Assembly: GCA_965243025.1 (NCBI GenBank)
Contig: CBDETY010000003.1
Span: 3,264,001 to 3,328,000, forward strand
DNA: 64,000 nt
Reading direction: 5' to 3'
DNA from: Candidatus Latescibacterota bacterium
Lineage (GTDB): Bacteria; Latescibacterota; UBA2968; UBA8231
Part shown: piece by piece, positions 48,287 through 58,513 of the stretch
Layout: the number at the start of each line of letters is the position of its first letter
Numbering within the stretch: position 1 is the stretch's first letter
Notes under the pieces: model-generated
Seen by the model: the letters and a program-made list of their open reading frames with translations, nothing else
What the model was told of the DNA's origin: nothing
Database searches by the model: none
Position numbers and translations under genes: made by a program

Positions 48287-50122
48287 TCACTGCGCCCCGT
48301 TCTCGCGGTCCAGCCAAACCGGGCTGAGCCACGCCCGGTGCCCGTCCTGCTGCCGCAGCCGCAGGTAGTAGCAGGACCCCGTCCCTTCCGGCGCCGGCAG
48401 CTCCGCCCCGTCGATCTCCACGTCCCAGGAATCGGGCGAGTCCCCCCAGACGCACCGGCCGCCGGCGATGATCTCGACCCGCTCGATAGGCGCGGTCCCG
48501 TGCAGGCTGGCGGAGAAATGCACTTCCTTCTCTCCTTCCGCCAGCACCCCCTCGGCTCCCGAACGCACCCCGTTGACGGCGTAGTCGCAGAGGATCGGCA
48601 CGCCCGAAGTCGCGTAGGTCCAGCGCTCGTCCATCGCCTGCCACACCGCCTCGCGGGTCAGCTCCGCCGCCCGGAAACAGGTCATCCCCACGTAGCCTCC
48701 CGGATGTTGAGTCGGGTGCCCCTGGTGGTTGTCGGTCCCGGCGACGAAACCGAGGCGCCAGCCCCGGGCGAAGGCATCCTGCACCGAAGCTCCCATCCCC
48801 CCGCTGCGGATGCCCCAGTAGTCGTCGAGGGCGTCCGCCTCGAAATTGCCCCGGCCCTGGACGATTTCCACAAGACGGGCGCGCTCGTTGGGGAACTCCC
48901 AGTGGTATTGCGACCAGTAGAAGGACTTGCCCATGACCTCGCGGTGCCTGCCGTACTCGATCGGCTGTCCGCAGTTGGGGTGGTGCGGCACCATGACCAC
49001 GTCCCTGTCCCAGGTCACCTCCGAGGGGCAGAGCTCCGGCTTCCAGTGCCAGGTGCCGCCGTCGACCCCCGGGGTGCGCAGGTAGAGGTTGGCATGCCCG
49101 TAGGCGTTGGAGCTTTCCCACGCGGGGATCGTCACGAAGCGGCCGGGCTCGTTGAACTCCTCGTTGACCGCCAGGCACTCCGCCCAGCCGGGGCCGATGG
49201 GGGCGTGGTCCGTCATCGCGACCACGTCGAGGTTGAGGTGGTCGCGGGCATAGGCGTACGCCGCCCGCGGCTCCCTGTCGCCGTCCACCGACAGCCTGGT
49301 GTGGAAGTGGATGCCGCCGAAGTAATGGCCGCGCTCACCGGCCGCATGCGCCGGACCTCCCCTGGCTTCGAGGCCGCGTTCGGGATCGCTAACCTCGATG
49401 CGGACCGGACCGTCCCCCTGCACCTCGACCCCTTCGACCACTCCACGGCCGTCGGCGCCGATCTCCACCCCGGCGGGCAGCCCGGCGACCGCCCCGTCGG
49501 CCTGCACGGCCACCTTCCCCCGGTAGGAGGGTATGGGGTTGAGGTTGTCATCGGTGCCGAAAATCACCACCCTGCGCTTTCCCTCCGCGTCCCCCGCAGC
49601 GGAGATCCGGCCCTCCAGCCGCGTCAGGGGGCCTGGGGCGTTGAGCAGCCGAATCGGGTCCCCCACCTTCTCGAACAGCTCGGCTTCGGGCCGCCGCACC
49701 CGCACCTGCAGGGCGCCGCTGACATCCGCATGCGGCGACGGCGAAATGCCGAAGGGAAAGACCAGCCGCGCTCCGGGGCTCAGCGAGCCGGTGACCTGGA
49801 CGGTGCACAGGTAGACCTCGTTGAGCGGCCGCCCCACCAGCCCGCCGCCGGCGGGACCGTCGCCGCCCCGGGTCAGATCGGTCCAGTCGCCGCCAGGCAG
49901 TCCGTGACCGATCACCACCACCCCCTCCCCCCCTTCGACGAACGGATCCGCAAGCGTCCACCGGGGGGAGTGGGTATGGAAGCTGCTGACCGTAACCCGC
50001 ACGTCGGCACCGGCCTCGAGGCCCGCCGGGCAGGTGACGAAAAGCCGTAAAGGCTTTGGCTCCTGGTCGGTGGCGACGAGCTCCGTCCGCCCCTCGAAAT
50101 GAATCTCCAACTGCTCGTACAT
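48287..50122 (-). CDS. PHP-fold metallohydrolase (DUF3604/CehA-McbA-like)
   Basis: GGIHFHT, MTDH, GHANLY, PHHP, GFVAGTDNH, TYATSG, AWLSPVW. Confidence 0.75.
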   Translation of the reverse strand: MYEQLEIHFEGRTELVATDQEPKPLRLFVTCPAGLEAGADVRVTVSSFHTHSPRWTLADPFVEGGEGVVVIGHGLPGGDWTDLTRGGDGPAGGGLVGRPLNEVYLCTVQVTGSLSPGARLVFPFGISPSPHADVSGALQVRVRRPEAELFEKVGDPIRLLNAPGPLTRLEGRISAAGDAEGKRRVVIFGTDDNLNPIPSYRGKVAVQADGAVAGLPAGVEIGADGRGVVEGVEVQGDGPVRIEVSDPERGLEARGGPAHAAGERGHYFGGIHFHTRLSVDGDREPRAAYAYARDHLNLDVVAMTDHAPIGPGWAECLAVNEEFNEPGRFVTIPAWESSNAYGHANLYLRTPGVDGGTWHWKPELCPSEVTWDRDVVMVPHHPNCGQPIEYGRHREVMGKSFYWSQYHWEFPNERARLVEIVQGRGNFEADALDDYWGIRSGGMGASVQDAFARGWRLGFVAGTDNHQGHPTQHPGGYVGMTCFRAAELTREAVWQAMDERWTYATSGVPILCDYAVNGVRSGAEGVLAEGEKEVHFSASLHGTAPIERVEIIAGGRCVWGDSPDSWDVEIDGAELPAPEGTGSCYYLRLRQQDGHRAWLSPVWLDRENGAQ

Positions 50123-50249
50123 GGGGTTACCTCGATTCTGCGCAGGCCAGTCTGCGCGGGCGGGCCGCTCGCTCGGCAGCCGCCGGGATAAACTCTGCTG
50201 CCCGGCATTGCCGTGGCAATGGCCGCCTCGATTGCCCCCGGGCCCCTTC

Positions 50250-51023
50250 TCAGGGCTGGAGACCCCAGAGCCGCAGCCGCGCCTCTGGCCAGTCGCGCCA
50301 GCCGGGGTGCAGGTGCTTCACCGCCTCAAGGTCGCGCTTCCTGCCGCCGGCGGGAAAGTAGTTCCAGCCCATGGCCCGCCTCGGCCCGGCGCTGGTCTTC
50401 ATCCCGGTGGCGTGCCAGCAGGAGGGCGTCCACACGAGGGTCCACCGCGGGTCGAGGACGACCTCGACCTCGGCGGGATGGCGGGCGAAGCAAAGCTCCG
50501 GGGGCTCGTCGTGGACGCCGGCGGCCAGCTCGAGCTGCAGCAGCTCGGCCGCCACCTCCCCGCGGGGGCGGTGCTGGCTGCCCGGCAGGATCCGCAGCGG
50601 CCCGTTGCCGGCGTCGTGGCGGTCGAGGGCGGTGCGGAAGGAGACCTGCCTGACATCGGGGCCGCCGTCGGCGTGCCAGTGGACCTGCCGCTGCCCCGGC
50701 CCGTCGGCGCCGACCGCCTTCGAGGCGTCGCCGATGCCGCAGGCGCCCACGTGCACTTCCTCGGCGCCGAGAATCAGGCGCGCCGCGGCGACCAGCTCGG
50801 GGTGTTCCACCATCTGCAGCAGAGGCTCGCCGATCATCAGGAACTGGCATGCCAGCCGGTTGAAGCTTTCGGGAAACTCCGCGCGCTCCCACACCGGCTC
50901 CACCTCCCGCTGCAGGATGTCGACCTGGCGGACCGCCCCGGCGCCGAAGGGACCGGGGATCAGGAAGAAGCCGTCGTGCTCGAAGCGAGCCAGGTGCTCG
51001 CCGGTGATGCCGGGAGTTCTCAT
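50250..51023 (-). CDS. Phytanoyl-CoA dioxygenase (PhyH) family protein
   Basis: FEHDGFFLI, WHAD, NGPLRILPGS, CWHAT. Confidence 0.8.
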   Translation of the reverse strand: MRTPGITGEHLARFEHDGFFLIPGPFGAGAVRQVDILQREVEPVWERAEFPESFNRLACQFLMIGEPLLQMVEHPELVAAARLILGAEEVHVGACGIGDASKAVGADGPGQRQVHWHADGGPDVRQVSFRTALDRHDAGNGPLRILPGSQHRPRGEVAAELLQLELAAGVHDEPPELCFARHPAEVEVVLDPRWTLVWTPSCWHATGMKTSAGPRRAMGWNYFPAGGRKRDLEAVKHLHPGWRDWPEARLRLWGLQP

Positions 51024-51197
51024 TTCCTGCCCGCTTTCGGATCTCCGGCGCCCCCAGGACCGCGCCGCCCGACTGGATCCGGATTGCCGTCAGGGCCGAT
51101 TGCAACCATGTACCCGAATCGCGCCGGACATGGCGCCGGCGTCGGAACGACTCGACAATTCCATCCTCCCATGGCTTCGAACAAGGAGGGACCAAGT

Positions 51198-52187
51198 ATG
51201 GAAAAACGAACCCTTGGCCGCACAGGGCTCGAGGTCAGTGTGCTGGGAATGGGGGGACTGAACGTATCCACCCTGGGCGCCGGCGGACTGGAGGAGGGCT
51301 GCCGAACGGTCCGGCGGGCCCTCGAGCTCGGTGTCAACTACGTCGATACGGCGCCCAGCTACGGCGACAGCGAAGAGGTCCTGGGCATCGCCCTCGAGGG
51401 TGCGGCGCAGCCGCATTTCCTCGCGACCAAGCTCGGCGGCCGGCCGCAGCCGTTCGATCCGCAGGACAGGGACCTCCTGCGGCGGTCGGTCGACGAAAGC
51501 CTCCGGCTGCTGAGACGCGACTGCATCGACGTCCTGCTGATACACGAGCCCGACCGCCCCGGCCAGTACGACTGGTGGACGGACCTCGACCGGTTCCACG
51601 GGCCCGTCAGCGACCTGGTGGAAGAGCTGAAGGCGGAGAAGGTCATCCGCTTCACCGGGCTCGGCGGCACCACCGCCTACCAGCTGCCCCTCATCATGGC
51701 GACCGGGAACTACGACGTGGTCCTGACCGCCTTCAACTACAGCCTGCTCTGGCGGGAAGCGGCCATCGCCGTCTTCCCGGAAGCCAGGCGGCAGAACATG
51801 GGCCTCGTCGTCGGCTCCCCCCTGCAGCAGGGCGCCCTGTCGCGGCGCTACCCCGAGATAGAGACCGGGGCGCCGTGGCTGAGCCCGCCGCGGCGGGAAC
51901 AGTACCGGCGGCTCTACGCGTTCCTGGACGAAACCGGGCTGTCGCTGCCCGAGGCCGCCCTGCGCATGATCGTGGCCAACCCCGAAGTTTCCACCGTCCT
52001 GGCGGGAGCGCGGTCGGTGCAGGAGGTGGAAGAGAGCGTGCGCGCCGCGGAAGCGGGGCCGCTGTCGGCGGATCTCCTCGCGGAAATCCAGGAGATCGCC
52101 GACATGGTGCCGTTCCGGCCGTACGAAGAGCCGTTCGGGCTGCCGTTCGGAAGGCCGTACAAATGGCCGGGATGGGCCGGCAGGTAA
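51198..52187 (+). CDS. Aldo/keto reductase
   Basis: AAGGAGG RBS; MEKRTLGRTGLEVS, DTAPSYG, ATK, SLRLL..DCID...HEPD. Confidence 0.9.
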   Translation: MEKRTLGRTGLEVSVLGMGGLNVSTLGAGGLEEGCRTVRRALELGVNYVDTAPSYGDSEEVLGIALEGAAQPHFLATKLGGRPQPFDPQDRDLLRRSVDESLRLLRRDCIDVLLIHEPDRPGQYDWWTDLDRFHGPVSDLVEELKAEKVIRFTGLGGTTAYQLPLIMATGNYDVVLTAFNYSLLWREAAIAVFPEARRQNMGLVVGSPLQQGALSRRYPEIETGAPWLSPPRREQYRRLYAFLDETGLSLPEAALRMIVANPEVSTVLAGARSVQEVEESVRAAEAGPLSADLLAEIQEIADMVPFRPYEEPFGLPFGRPYKWPGWAGR

Positions 52188-52276
52188 ATGATCGGGGCCG
52201 CGTCTCCCTGTACCGACTGCAACCGGCGGCGAAGAGCTTCACGCCGCCCCTCGTGCCGGCTGACAACCCAGCGGGC
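52188..52276. repeat. About 89-bp near-identical copy of 53116-53204 (5' part of the MNT gene)
   Basis: atgatc.gggccgcgtctccctgt.ccgactgcaacc...ggcgaagagcttcacgccgcc.ctcgtgccggctgacaacccagcgggc present at both sites. Confidence 0.85.
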
Positions 52277-52354
52277 CGCGGGGGGGCGGCGGTAGGAGCT
52301 CCCTGAAGTCCTATGGTCCTTGGAATGGATCGCGGGTCAAGGGGCAGCCGCCAA

Positions 52355-52861
52355 CTATTCAGGCGAGGTGCGGCCGCGGACTTCGCGGAGGAACGAATCG
52401 AAAGCCCCGAGATCGCTCAGCACCGCCGGATGGGCATCGTCGAGAGTCGCAAGCAGGAAGTCGATGCGAGCCCAGTCGTACTCCATCTCGACGTAGTAGC
52501 GGCGGAAGTGGCGGAAACGGAGCAATTCACGGAGGCGGACGAGGTTGCGGTCCCCCACCACCTTCGTCCGTATCCCTTCGATCTCGAGGTTCATCATTTC
52601 CAGCAGGGCCGCATGCCACCGGTCCTGCGGCAGGTCGTTCTCGAAGTAACCCGATACCCGGACGAAAAAGGTCTCGAGGGCGGTATAGTAGGTTTCGAGG
52701 TAGCCGGCAACTACCAGAGCGCTGTCGTCAGTGCGGCCGATGCGCGACAGCGTCGTGTCCCGGGCATGGCCGAGCTTCGAGTAGATTGCCTCTACCCGTT
52801 TCCGTGCCTGTGCGAGCTCCGCGATCAGCTCGTCGATGCCGTGTTCAGGCCGGGTTTCCAT
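52355..52861 (-). CDS. HepT-like (HEPN) ribonuclease toxin
   Basis: YLETYYTALE.FF.R, WHAALLEMM, ELLRFRHFRRYY; overlaps and follows an MNT gene. Confidence 0.75.
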   Translation of the reverse strand: METRPEHGIDELIAELAQARKRVEAIYSKLGHARDTTLSRIGRTDDSALVVAGYLETYYTALETFFVRVSGYFENDLPQDRWHAALLEMMNLEIEGIRTKVVGDRNLVRLRELLRFRHFRRYYVEMEYDWARIDFLLATLDDAHPAVLSDLGAFDSFLREVRGRTSPE

Positions 52862-53228
52862 CTTCCCATGCCACTGCGCCGAAGCGCCGGATGAGGTCGG
52901 CCCTTCCCGGATCGAGGCGCTCCATGACGACGAGGTCGACGTGAAATTCGGTCATCGAATCCGCCAGCGAGCGGATTGCCGCGAGGGTTTTTTCGTCGCA
53001 GTTCATCCCCTCGAGGGCGATGTCGATGTCCGAGATTTCGGAGAAGCGTTCGGTATGGACGAGGGATCCCCACTGGTAAATGCGCAGGGGCCGGTACTCC
53101 GCGGCGATTGTGGAGATGATCCGGGCCGCGTCTCCCTGTGCCGACTGCAACCGCAGGCGAAGAGCTTCACGCCGCCGCTCGTGCCGGCTGACAACCCAGC
53201 GGGCGGCGGCGGCAGTATCGACAGCCAT
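52845..53228 (-). CDS. Minimal nucleotidyltransferase (MNT) antitoxin
   Basis: IYQWGSLV...SDIDIA (GS...DxD) and VDLV. Confidence 0.8.
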   Translation of the reverse strand: MAVDTAAAARWVVSRHERRREALRLRLQSAQGDAARIISTIAAEYRPLRIYQWGSLVHTERFSEISDIDIALEGMNCDEKTLAAIRSLADSMTEFHVDLVVMERLDPGRADLIRRFGAVAWEDGNPA

Positions 53229-53383
53229 ATTCCCTCTCAGGTGAACTCGATTAGCATACCTTCTGTGAATCCTCTGTCAAGACGGGGAAGGCAACGCACT
53301 GGCCGGGCGGAGGGATCCCTCGAGGTTGGACCTGAGCCGGACTTCTGCAGCCGCTGCCCGCACACAAAACAAGGGACGACGCC

Positions 53384-55282
53384 ATGGCGAACGGCCTCTA
53401 CGACGTGATTACCGAACGCGACGTAATGGTGGAGATGCGCGACGGAGTGCGGCTCGCCACCGACCTCTACTTCCCCGCCCGCGGCGGGGAACCGCTTCCC
53501 GGCAGGTTCCCGGCGGTCTTCCACCGCACCCCCTACGACAAGAGCGACGTCGAGCGCACCGTCGGGTACGGCCGCTTCTTCGCGCAGCGCGGGTACGTCG
53601 CCGTGTACCAGGACTGCCGGGGGACGTTCGAGTCCGGGGGGGAGGTGAACTTCCTGCTGCCGGAGGCCGAGGACGGGTACGACGCCCTGCAGTGGATCGA
53701 CCGGCAGCCCTGGAGCGACGGCAAAGTGGGGTCGTGGGGGACCTCCTGGTCCGGCTGGACGCAGACGGCGATGGCGGCGCTGGGGCCGGCAAACCTCAAG
53801 GCGATGGTCGTCAACATGAGCGGCGCCGACGCCCACGAGTCCTCGGTGCGGCACGGGGGCGCCCTGGAGCTGCGCTTCCTCGCCTGGGCTTTCTGGCATT
53901 CGGCCGCCAACACGCAACGCGCCCTGAAGGCCGACCCGTCGGTCGACGCGGCCCTCAACATCGGCGCGCCCGGTTTCGCCGACTGGCTGACGCGGATGCC
54001 GCTGCGCGAGGGGCAGACCCAGCTCAGGCTGGTGCCCCCCTACGAGAAGTGGGCGCTGGACCTGCTGACCCGGGCCGACTACGACGACTACTGGAGGCAC
54101 CCCAGCTACGCCCCGGCCCTGTTCTGGGACGATTTCCCCGACGTGCCGACGCTGATCGTCGGCGGCTGGTACGATTCCTACACGCGCTCGACCTGCAGGA
54201 ATTTCGAGGGGCTGGCGGCGCGCAAGCAGGGGCCGGTGCGGATGCTCATGGGGCCGTGGACGCACGGGATCCACACCCTGGAGCAGAGCTTTTCCGGCGA
54301 CGTCGAGTTTGGCGAGGAGGCGGCGCTCGACGACTTCAGAAACCTGCACCTGCGCTACTTCGACCGGGCCCTCAAGGGGGTCGACAACGGCGAGGCCGAG
54401 GCGCCGCCGGTGCAGATCTTCGCCATGGGCGGCGGCGGCGGGCACCGCACCAGCAGCGGCCGGCTGTTCCACGGCGGCCGCTGGCGCGACGAAGCGGAGT
54501 GGCCGCTGGCGCGGACCAACTACACCAATTACTACCTGCACGGCGACGGCACCCTGTCGACGCGGGAGCCGGACGCCGGCGGCGGGGACACCGTCTACCG
54601 CTTCGACCCGGCCAACCCGGTCCCCTCCATCGGCGGCAACGTCTCCTCCCTTTCGGAGACCGGCCCGCTGCCGGCGGGCATCGGGGATTCCGCCAACGCG
54701 CCCTGGCGGGCGCGGGTGGAGCAGCTGATGGTGCCGGGCGGGTTCGACCAGGTGGAGGGACCGGAGTTCTACGGCTGCGAGCCGCCCTACCTGCCGCTGG
54801 GCTCGCGGCCGGACGTGCTGGTCTTCGCTACCGAGCCCCTCGCCGAAGACATGGAGGTGACCGGGCCGATCGAGGTGAAGCTGTGGGTCTCGTCGTCGGC
54901 CCCGGACACGGACTTCACCGCCAAGCTGATCGACTGGTACCCGCCGAGCCGGTGGTACCCGCACGGGTACGCGCTCAACCTGACCGACAGCATCGCCCGC
55001 CTGCGCTACCGCAACGGGCGCGAAAAGGGGGAGCTGCTGACCCCGGGAGAGACCGCCGGGCTGACGGTCACCCTGTACCCGACGAGCAACCTGTTCGCCG
55101 CCGGGCACCGGATCCGCCTCGACGTCTCCAGCTCGAACTTCCCCCGCTTCGACGTCAACCCCAACACCGGCGACCCGGTCGGCCGGGAGCGGCGGCGCCA
55201 GGGGGCGGACAACAGGGTCCACCACAACCGGGCGCAGCCGTCCCACGTGGTGCTGCCGGTCATTCCATCCGGTAAGGGATAA
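53384..55282 (+). CDS. CocE/NonD family hydrolase (S15 Xaa-Pro dipeptidyl-peptidase-like)
   Basis: MRDGVRLATDLY, RTPY, QDCRG, GTSW nucleophile, GGWYD, GPWTH, GHRIRLDVSSSNFP. Confidence 0.92.
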   Translation: MANGLYDVITERDVMVEMRDGVRLATDLYFPARGGEPLPGRFPAVFHRTPYDKSDVERTVGYGRFFAQRGYVAVYQDCRGTFESGGEVNFLLPEAEDGYDALQWIDRQPWSDGKVGSWGTSWSGWTQTAMAALGPANLKAMVVNMSGADAHESSVRHGGALELRFLAWAFWHSAANTQRALKADPSVDAALNIGAPGFADWLTRMPLREGQTQLRLVPPYEKWALDLLTRADYDDYWRHPSYAPALFWDDFPDVPTLIVGGWYDSYTRSTCRNFEGLAARKQGPVRMLMGPWTHGIHTLEQSFSGDVEFGEEAALDDFRNLHLRYFDRALKGVDNGEAEAPPVQIFAMGGGGGHRTSSGRLFHGGRWRDEAEWPLARTNYTNYYLHGDGTLSTREPDAGGGDTVYRFDPANPVPSIGGNVSSLSETGPLPAGIGDSANAPWRARVEQLMVPGGFDQVEGPEFYGCEPPYLPLGSRPDVLVFATEPLAEDMEVTGPIEVKLWVSSSAPDTDFTAKLIDWYPPSRWYPHGYALNLTDSIARLRYRNGREKGELLTPGETAGLTVTLYPTSNLFAAGHRIRLDVSSSNFPRFDVNPNTGDPVGRERRRQGADNRVHHNRAQPSHVVLPVIPSGKG

Positions 55283-55348
55283 CCGCTCCTGCCCGGTCCG
55301 GCGGCGGTCCCGGGGGACGCCTGAAACCCGCAGCTGCCGGTGGAGGCA

Positions 55349-56119
55349 TTACAACACGACGTCGTTCCCGCTGCCTGCCCGCTCGAGACAGTGGTCGATC
55401 ACGTAGCGGTACTTGGAGTATCCGCGCTGGACAAGGGAGAAACGCTTGATGAGGTCCAGCGCCCAGAAAGGCACCAGGGATTCGGTCTTGATCTCCAGTA
55501 CGACGGGAGACTCCTCCCACCGCGCGGTGACCGCGTCGTCGTAGTAGCTCATCTCCTCGTCATGTCCGGACAGGTCGTACGAACCGCGCATCAGACGGTA
55601 GCGCATGCCGCGGTCGAAGGTGATGCGTCCGTACGCGTCCACCTCGCTGACGAACGGCTCGCGGCGGTAGCGAAGGTGGAGCACCGGTTCGGTGCCGTAG
55701 AGGTGATGGACCTCGGCAAAGGACTGCGGCAGGGCGGCGTACGCCGGCGAGGTGCGTTCGCTCCTGGAGACGTCGAGCACCCCGGGCCAGTCCGCCATGG
55801 CGATTCTGTCGCGGACCTTCCAGACGGTGCGGTCGTGCCGGTACTTGACCTCGAGGGTGGCGGACCCGGCCTCCCCGGTGCCGTAGTAACGGACTCTCGG
55901 TTTGAACCGCAGCAGCTGGCGAAGCCTGGTGTCGTGGTAGAAGCGCAGCCCGGGGGTATCCATGTACACGCTGTTGACCGTGTAGGTTCCCTGCTCCCCG
56001 GGAACGTTGGGGTCGAGTGAAAACAGCGGCTGGATGTAATCGCGGATTTCGGCCGCCTGCGGCTCGGTCACCGCGTACTTCATCTCGTAGCGGTGGATCG
56101 CGGGCAGCTCAACCGCCAT
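55349..56119 (-). CDS. VTC-domain (TTM/CYTH-fold) polyphosphate polymerase-like protein
   Basis: RYEMKY, SVYMDT, KPRVRYY, LEVKYR, YRREPF, RITFD, VLEIK and SKY motifs. Confidence 0.88.
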   Translation of the reverse strand: MAVELPAIHRYEMKYAVTEPQAAEIRDYIQPLFSLDPNVPGEQGTYTVNSVYMDTPGLRFYHDTRLRQLLRFKPRVRYYGTGEAGSATLEVKYRHDRTVWKVRDRIAMADWPGVLDVSRSERTSPAYAALPQSFAEVHHLYGTEPVLHLRYRREPFVSEVDAYGRITFDRGMRYRLMRGSYDLSGHDEEMSYYDDAVTARWEESPVVLEIKTESLVPFWALDLIKRFSLVQRGYSKYRYVIDHCLERAGSGNDVVL

Positions 56120-57422
56120 CGCCGGCCCCCTCCTCCCGCAGGACCCCCGGATCCTCGATGCCCAGCTCGTAGTACAGGAAGTAGAGCGCGTGCGCCAGGC
56201 CGCGCCGGCTCTCGGCGATGGCGACCCGCGCATCCATGATCGTGCGCTCCAGCTCGAGGATCTCGTCGGCCGGCACGGTGGGAAAATCCCTTGCCTCGGC
56301 GATCACCTGCGACGAGCCCTCGATGACGGCCTCCCCCTCCCGCAGAGTCAGGTCGCGGGCGAGCAATGCCTCGGTGTACCCGGACAGCGTCTCGCGGACC
56401 TCGTCGGCGACGCGCTCGCGAACCGCCATGAGCTCGAGCTCGCTTCCCGACACGGCAAGGGAAAGGCCGGCCAGGTTGCCGGCATTGCGGTTGAACAGGG
56501 GGAGCTCGAGGCCGAACCTCAGCTCATACCAGTCGTCGTCGGACCGCTCGAAGTGCCGCGATGCCTCCAGGAAGGAGAACTGCGGCATCATCCGCCAGCT
56601 CTCGCGGTCCCGCCTCTGGAGGGCGAGTTTCCGCTCCTCTTCAGCCAGCCGAAGCTCCGGGCGGTTGGCCCAGGCGAGCTCGAGGAGGCGCTCTTCGTCC
56701 AGGGAGACCCGGGGCAGCGGCTCGGGAATCACCCGGATCTCCCCGGAAATCCCGGTGAGCCGCCCCAACCTGCGCTCTTCCTCCCGCAGTGCGTTCAGGC
56801 TGAGCAGGTGTCCCTGCCGCGCCTCGACGACGGCCATCCTCGCCTTGGTGAGATAGACGATCGATCTGCGGCCGACATCGACCATGGTCTCGATCTGGGA
56901 GATGCGCAGATTCTCGTTCTCGACCCGCATGGCGGCGATGCGGACCAGCTCCCCGTACATGGCGACGTCGGCGCAGGATCGGCGCACCCGGGAGGCCAGC
57001 CAGTGCCGCTCGCGCACCGCCTCGGTCTTGCGTCTCCACCAGGCCACCTGCTCCCGCTGCCGCCGCACTCCCGCCTCTCCGAGAAAGGGAGGACGCCAGC
57101 GGATTCCGACCTCGACCTCCCCCACCCGGGAGTTCCTGCGCCTGAAGGTCGAGTTGCGGACCCGCAGTTCCGGATTGTCGATCCAGTCCAGGGAGCGTAC
57201 CCGGTGGGAGCGGACTCCGGCCTCCGTCTCGAGGGAACCGAGCCGCGGGTTGTTGCTCAATCCCCGGGCGACCGTTTCCTCGACGGTCAGGGCAAGCCCT
57301 GCCTCGCCGGCGGCGTCGTGAACGTCAGGGGCTTCGCCGGTGAGATCGGCCGTGGCGGCCGCCGAACAGGGAATCGCAACGAAAGGGGCCAGCAGCGCGA
57401 GAAACCGGCCGCCTGCCCTCAT
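56109..57422 (-). CDS. TolC family outer-membrane efflux protein
   Basis: Signal peptide; LTVEETVARGLSNNP, ANRPELRLA, GLELPLFNRN; coiled-coil helices. Confidence 0.8.
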   Translation of the reverse strand: MRAGGRFLALLAPFVAIPCSAAATADLTGEAPDVHDAAGEAGLALTVEETVARGLSNNPRLGSLETEAGVRSHRVRSLDWIDNPELRVRNSTFRRRNSRVGEVEVGIRWRPPFLGEAGVRRQREQVAWWRRKTEAVRERHWLASRVRRSCADVAMYGELVRIAAMRVENENLRISQIETMVDVGRRSIVYLTKARMAVVEARQGHLLSLNALREEERRLGRLTGISGEIRVIPEPLPRVSLDEERLLELAWANRPELRLAEEERKLALQRRDRESWRMMPQFSFLEASRHFERSDDDWYELRFGLELPLFNRNAGNLAGLSLAVSGSELELMAVRERVADEVRETLSGYTEALLARDLTLREGEAVIEGSSQVIAEARDFPTVPADEILELERTIMDARVAIAESRRGLAHALYFLYYELGIEDPGVLREEGAGDGG

Positions 57423-58510
57423 GGCCCCGGACTCCTGGCTTCCGGGGCGCCTTCTTCGGCGAGGGCCGCCCGCGGCGAGGACGGCCGATCGACGACACGC
57501 ACGCGCACGGACTCACCGGGCAGCAGGAGGTGACCGGGCTCGAGGAGGACGCGGGCCTTCCTCGCCCACGACATCTGCCCGCGCAGCCACAGTCTTTCCG
57601 GCAGCGGGGAATACCCAGGGTGCACGAAGTCGATCCTCCCCGTCGCGTCGAACTCGCTCGACCGCCTCGACATCACTTCCACTCCCTGTCCGACGGCCAG
57701 CTGCAGGTCCTGCGTCTCGGGGACGTACACCTCGACCGCTGAGGCGTCGGTGCTCTCCACGGCAACGATGGGCACGAAGGCATCGACCGTACTCCCCTGC
57801 AGGGCGAGGATCTCGGAGACCGAACCGGAACAGGGCGACCTGACCGTCCTGTACTCGACCCGCTGATCGATCAGGGTAAGCGACTGGCGGACCTCGTGTA
57901 TGCGCTGCACGCGGTCGCCGAGAAGCGAAATCATGATGCTGTCGCCGTAGGCGCTCGAATCCCCGGCCCCGAGCTTGAGCACGTCGGGCCGGATGAGCGC
58001 GGACTGCTCGGCTACCGACTGCGCCAGGGCATCGCGGCGGATGGTCATGCGGGTCAGGTCGCGATCGTGCCCGAGGCCGGCTTCCTCCGCCGCGACAAGG
58101 GCGTCGATTTCCCGGCCGAGGGCCGCCAGCTCCGCCTCCTCGGCCTGCACTGCGGCGTACTGCTCGGAAACGCGCAGCCGCAACAGGTCGTACTCGACGC
58201 TGTATCGACGCCGGTCGGCCGCCGCTATCGACTCGAGGGCCGCCAGCTCTTCTTTGCGCAGCCGCTTTTCCGCCAGCAGGTCGGAAACGTCGAGGCGGAC
58301 CAGGACCTGGCCGGCGGAAACCCTCTCCCCTACCGCGGCGTTCACCTCCTCGACGGTACCCCCCTCGCGGGCGCCCACCGACCGCACCGTCGACACCACC
58401 GTTCCGAGCAGGTACGGATCCGCCCGCCACTCCCGGTAGCCGTAGACGGCGGTGAGCACGGCCGCAATCCACAGGCCGCGGAAGGCGTTCTTCTTCAGCC
58501 AGCGCTTCAT
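57419..58510 (-). CDS. HlyD family membrane-fusion (periplasmic adaptor) protein
   Basis: N-terminal TM; split lipoyl motifs GTVEEV..AVGERVSAGQVLVRLD and VRSPCSGSV around an alpha-hairpin; LLPGESV. Confidence 0.85.
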   Translation of the reverse strand: MKRWLKKNAFRGLWIAAVLTAVYGYREWRADPYLLGTVVSTVRSVGAREGGTVEEVNAAVGERVSAGQVLVRLDVSDLLAEKRLRKEELAALESIAAADRRRYSVEYDLLRLRVSEQYAAVQAEEAELAALGREIDALVAAEEAGLGHDRDLTRMTIRRDALAQSVAEQSALIRPDVLKLGAGDSSAYGDSIMISLLGDRVQRIHEVRQSLTLIDQRVEYRTVRSPCSGSVSEILALQGSTVDAFVPIVAVESTDASAVEVYVPETQDLQLAVGQGVEVMSRRSSEFDATGRIDFVHPGYSPLPERLWLRGQMSWARKARVLLEPGHLLLPGESVRVRVVDRPSSPRAALAEEGAPEARSPGP

Positions 58511-58513
58511 CGA

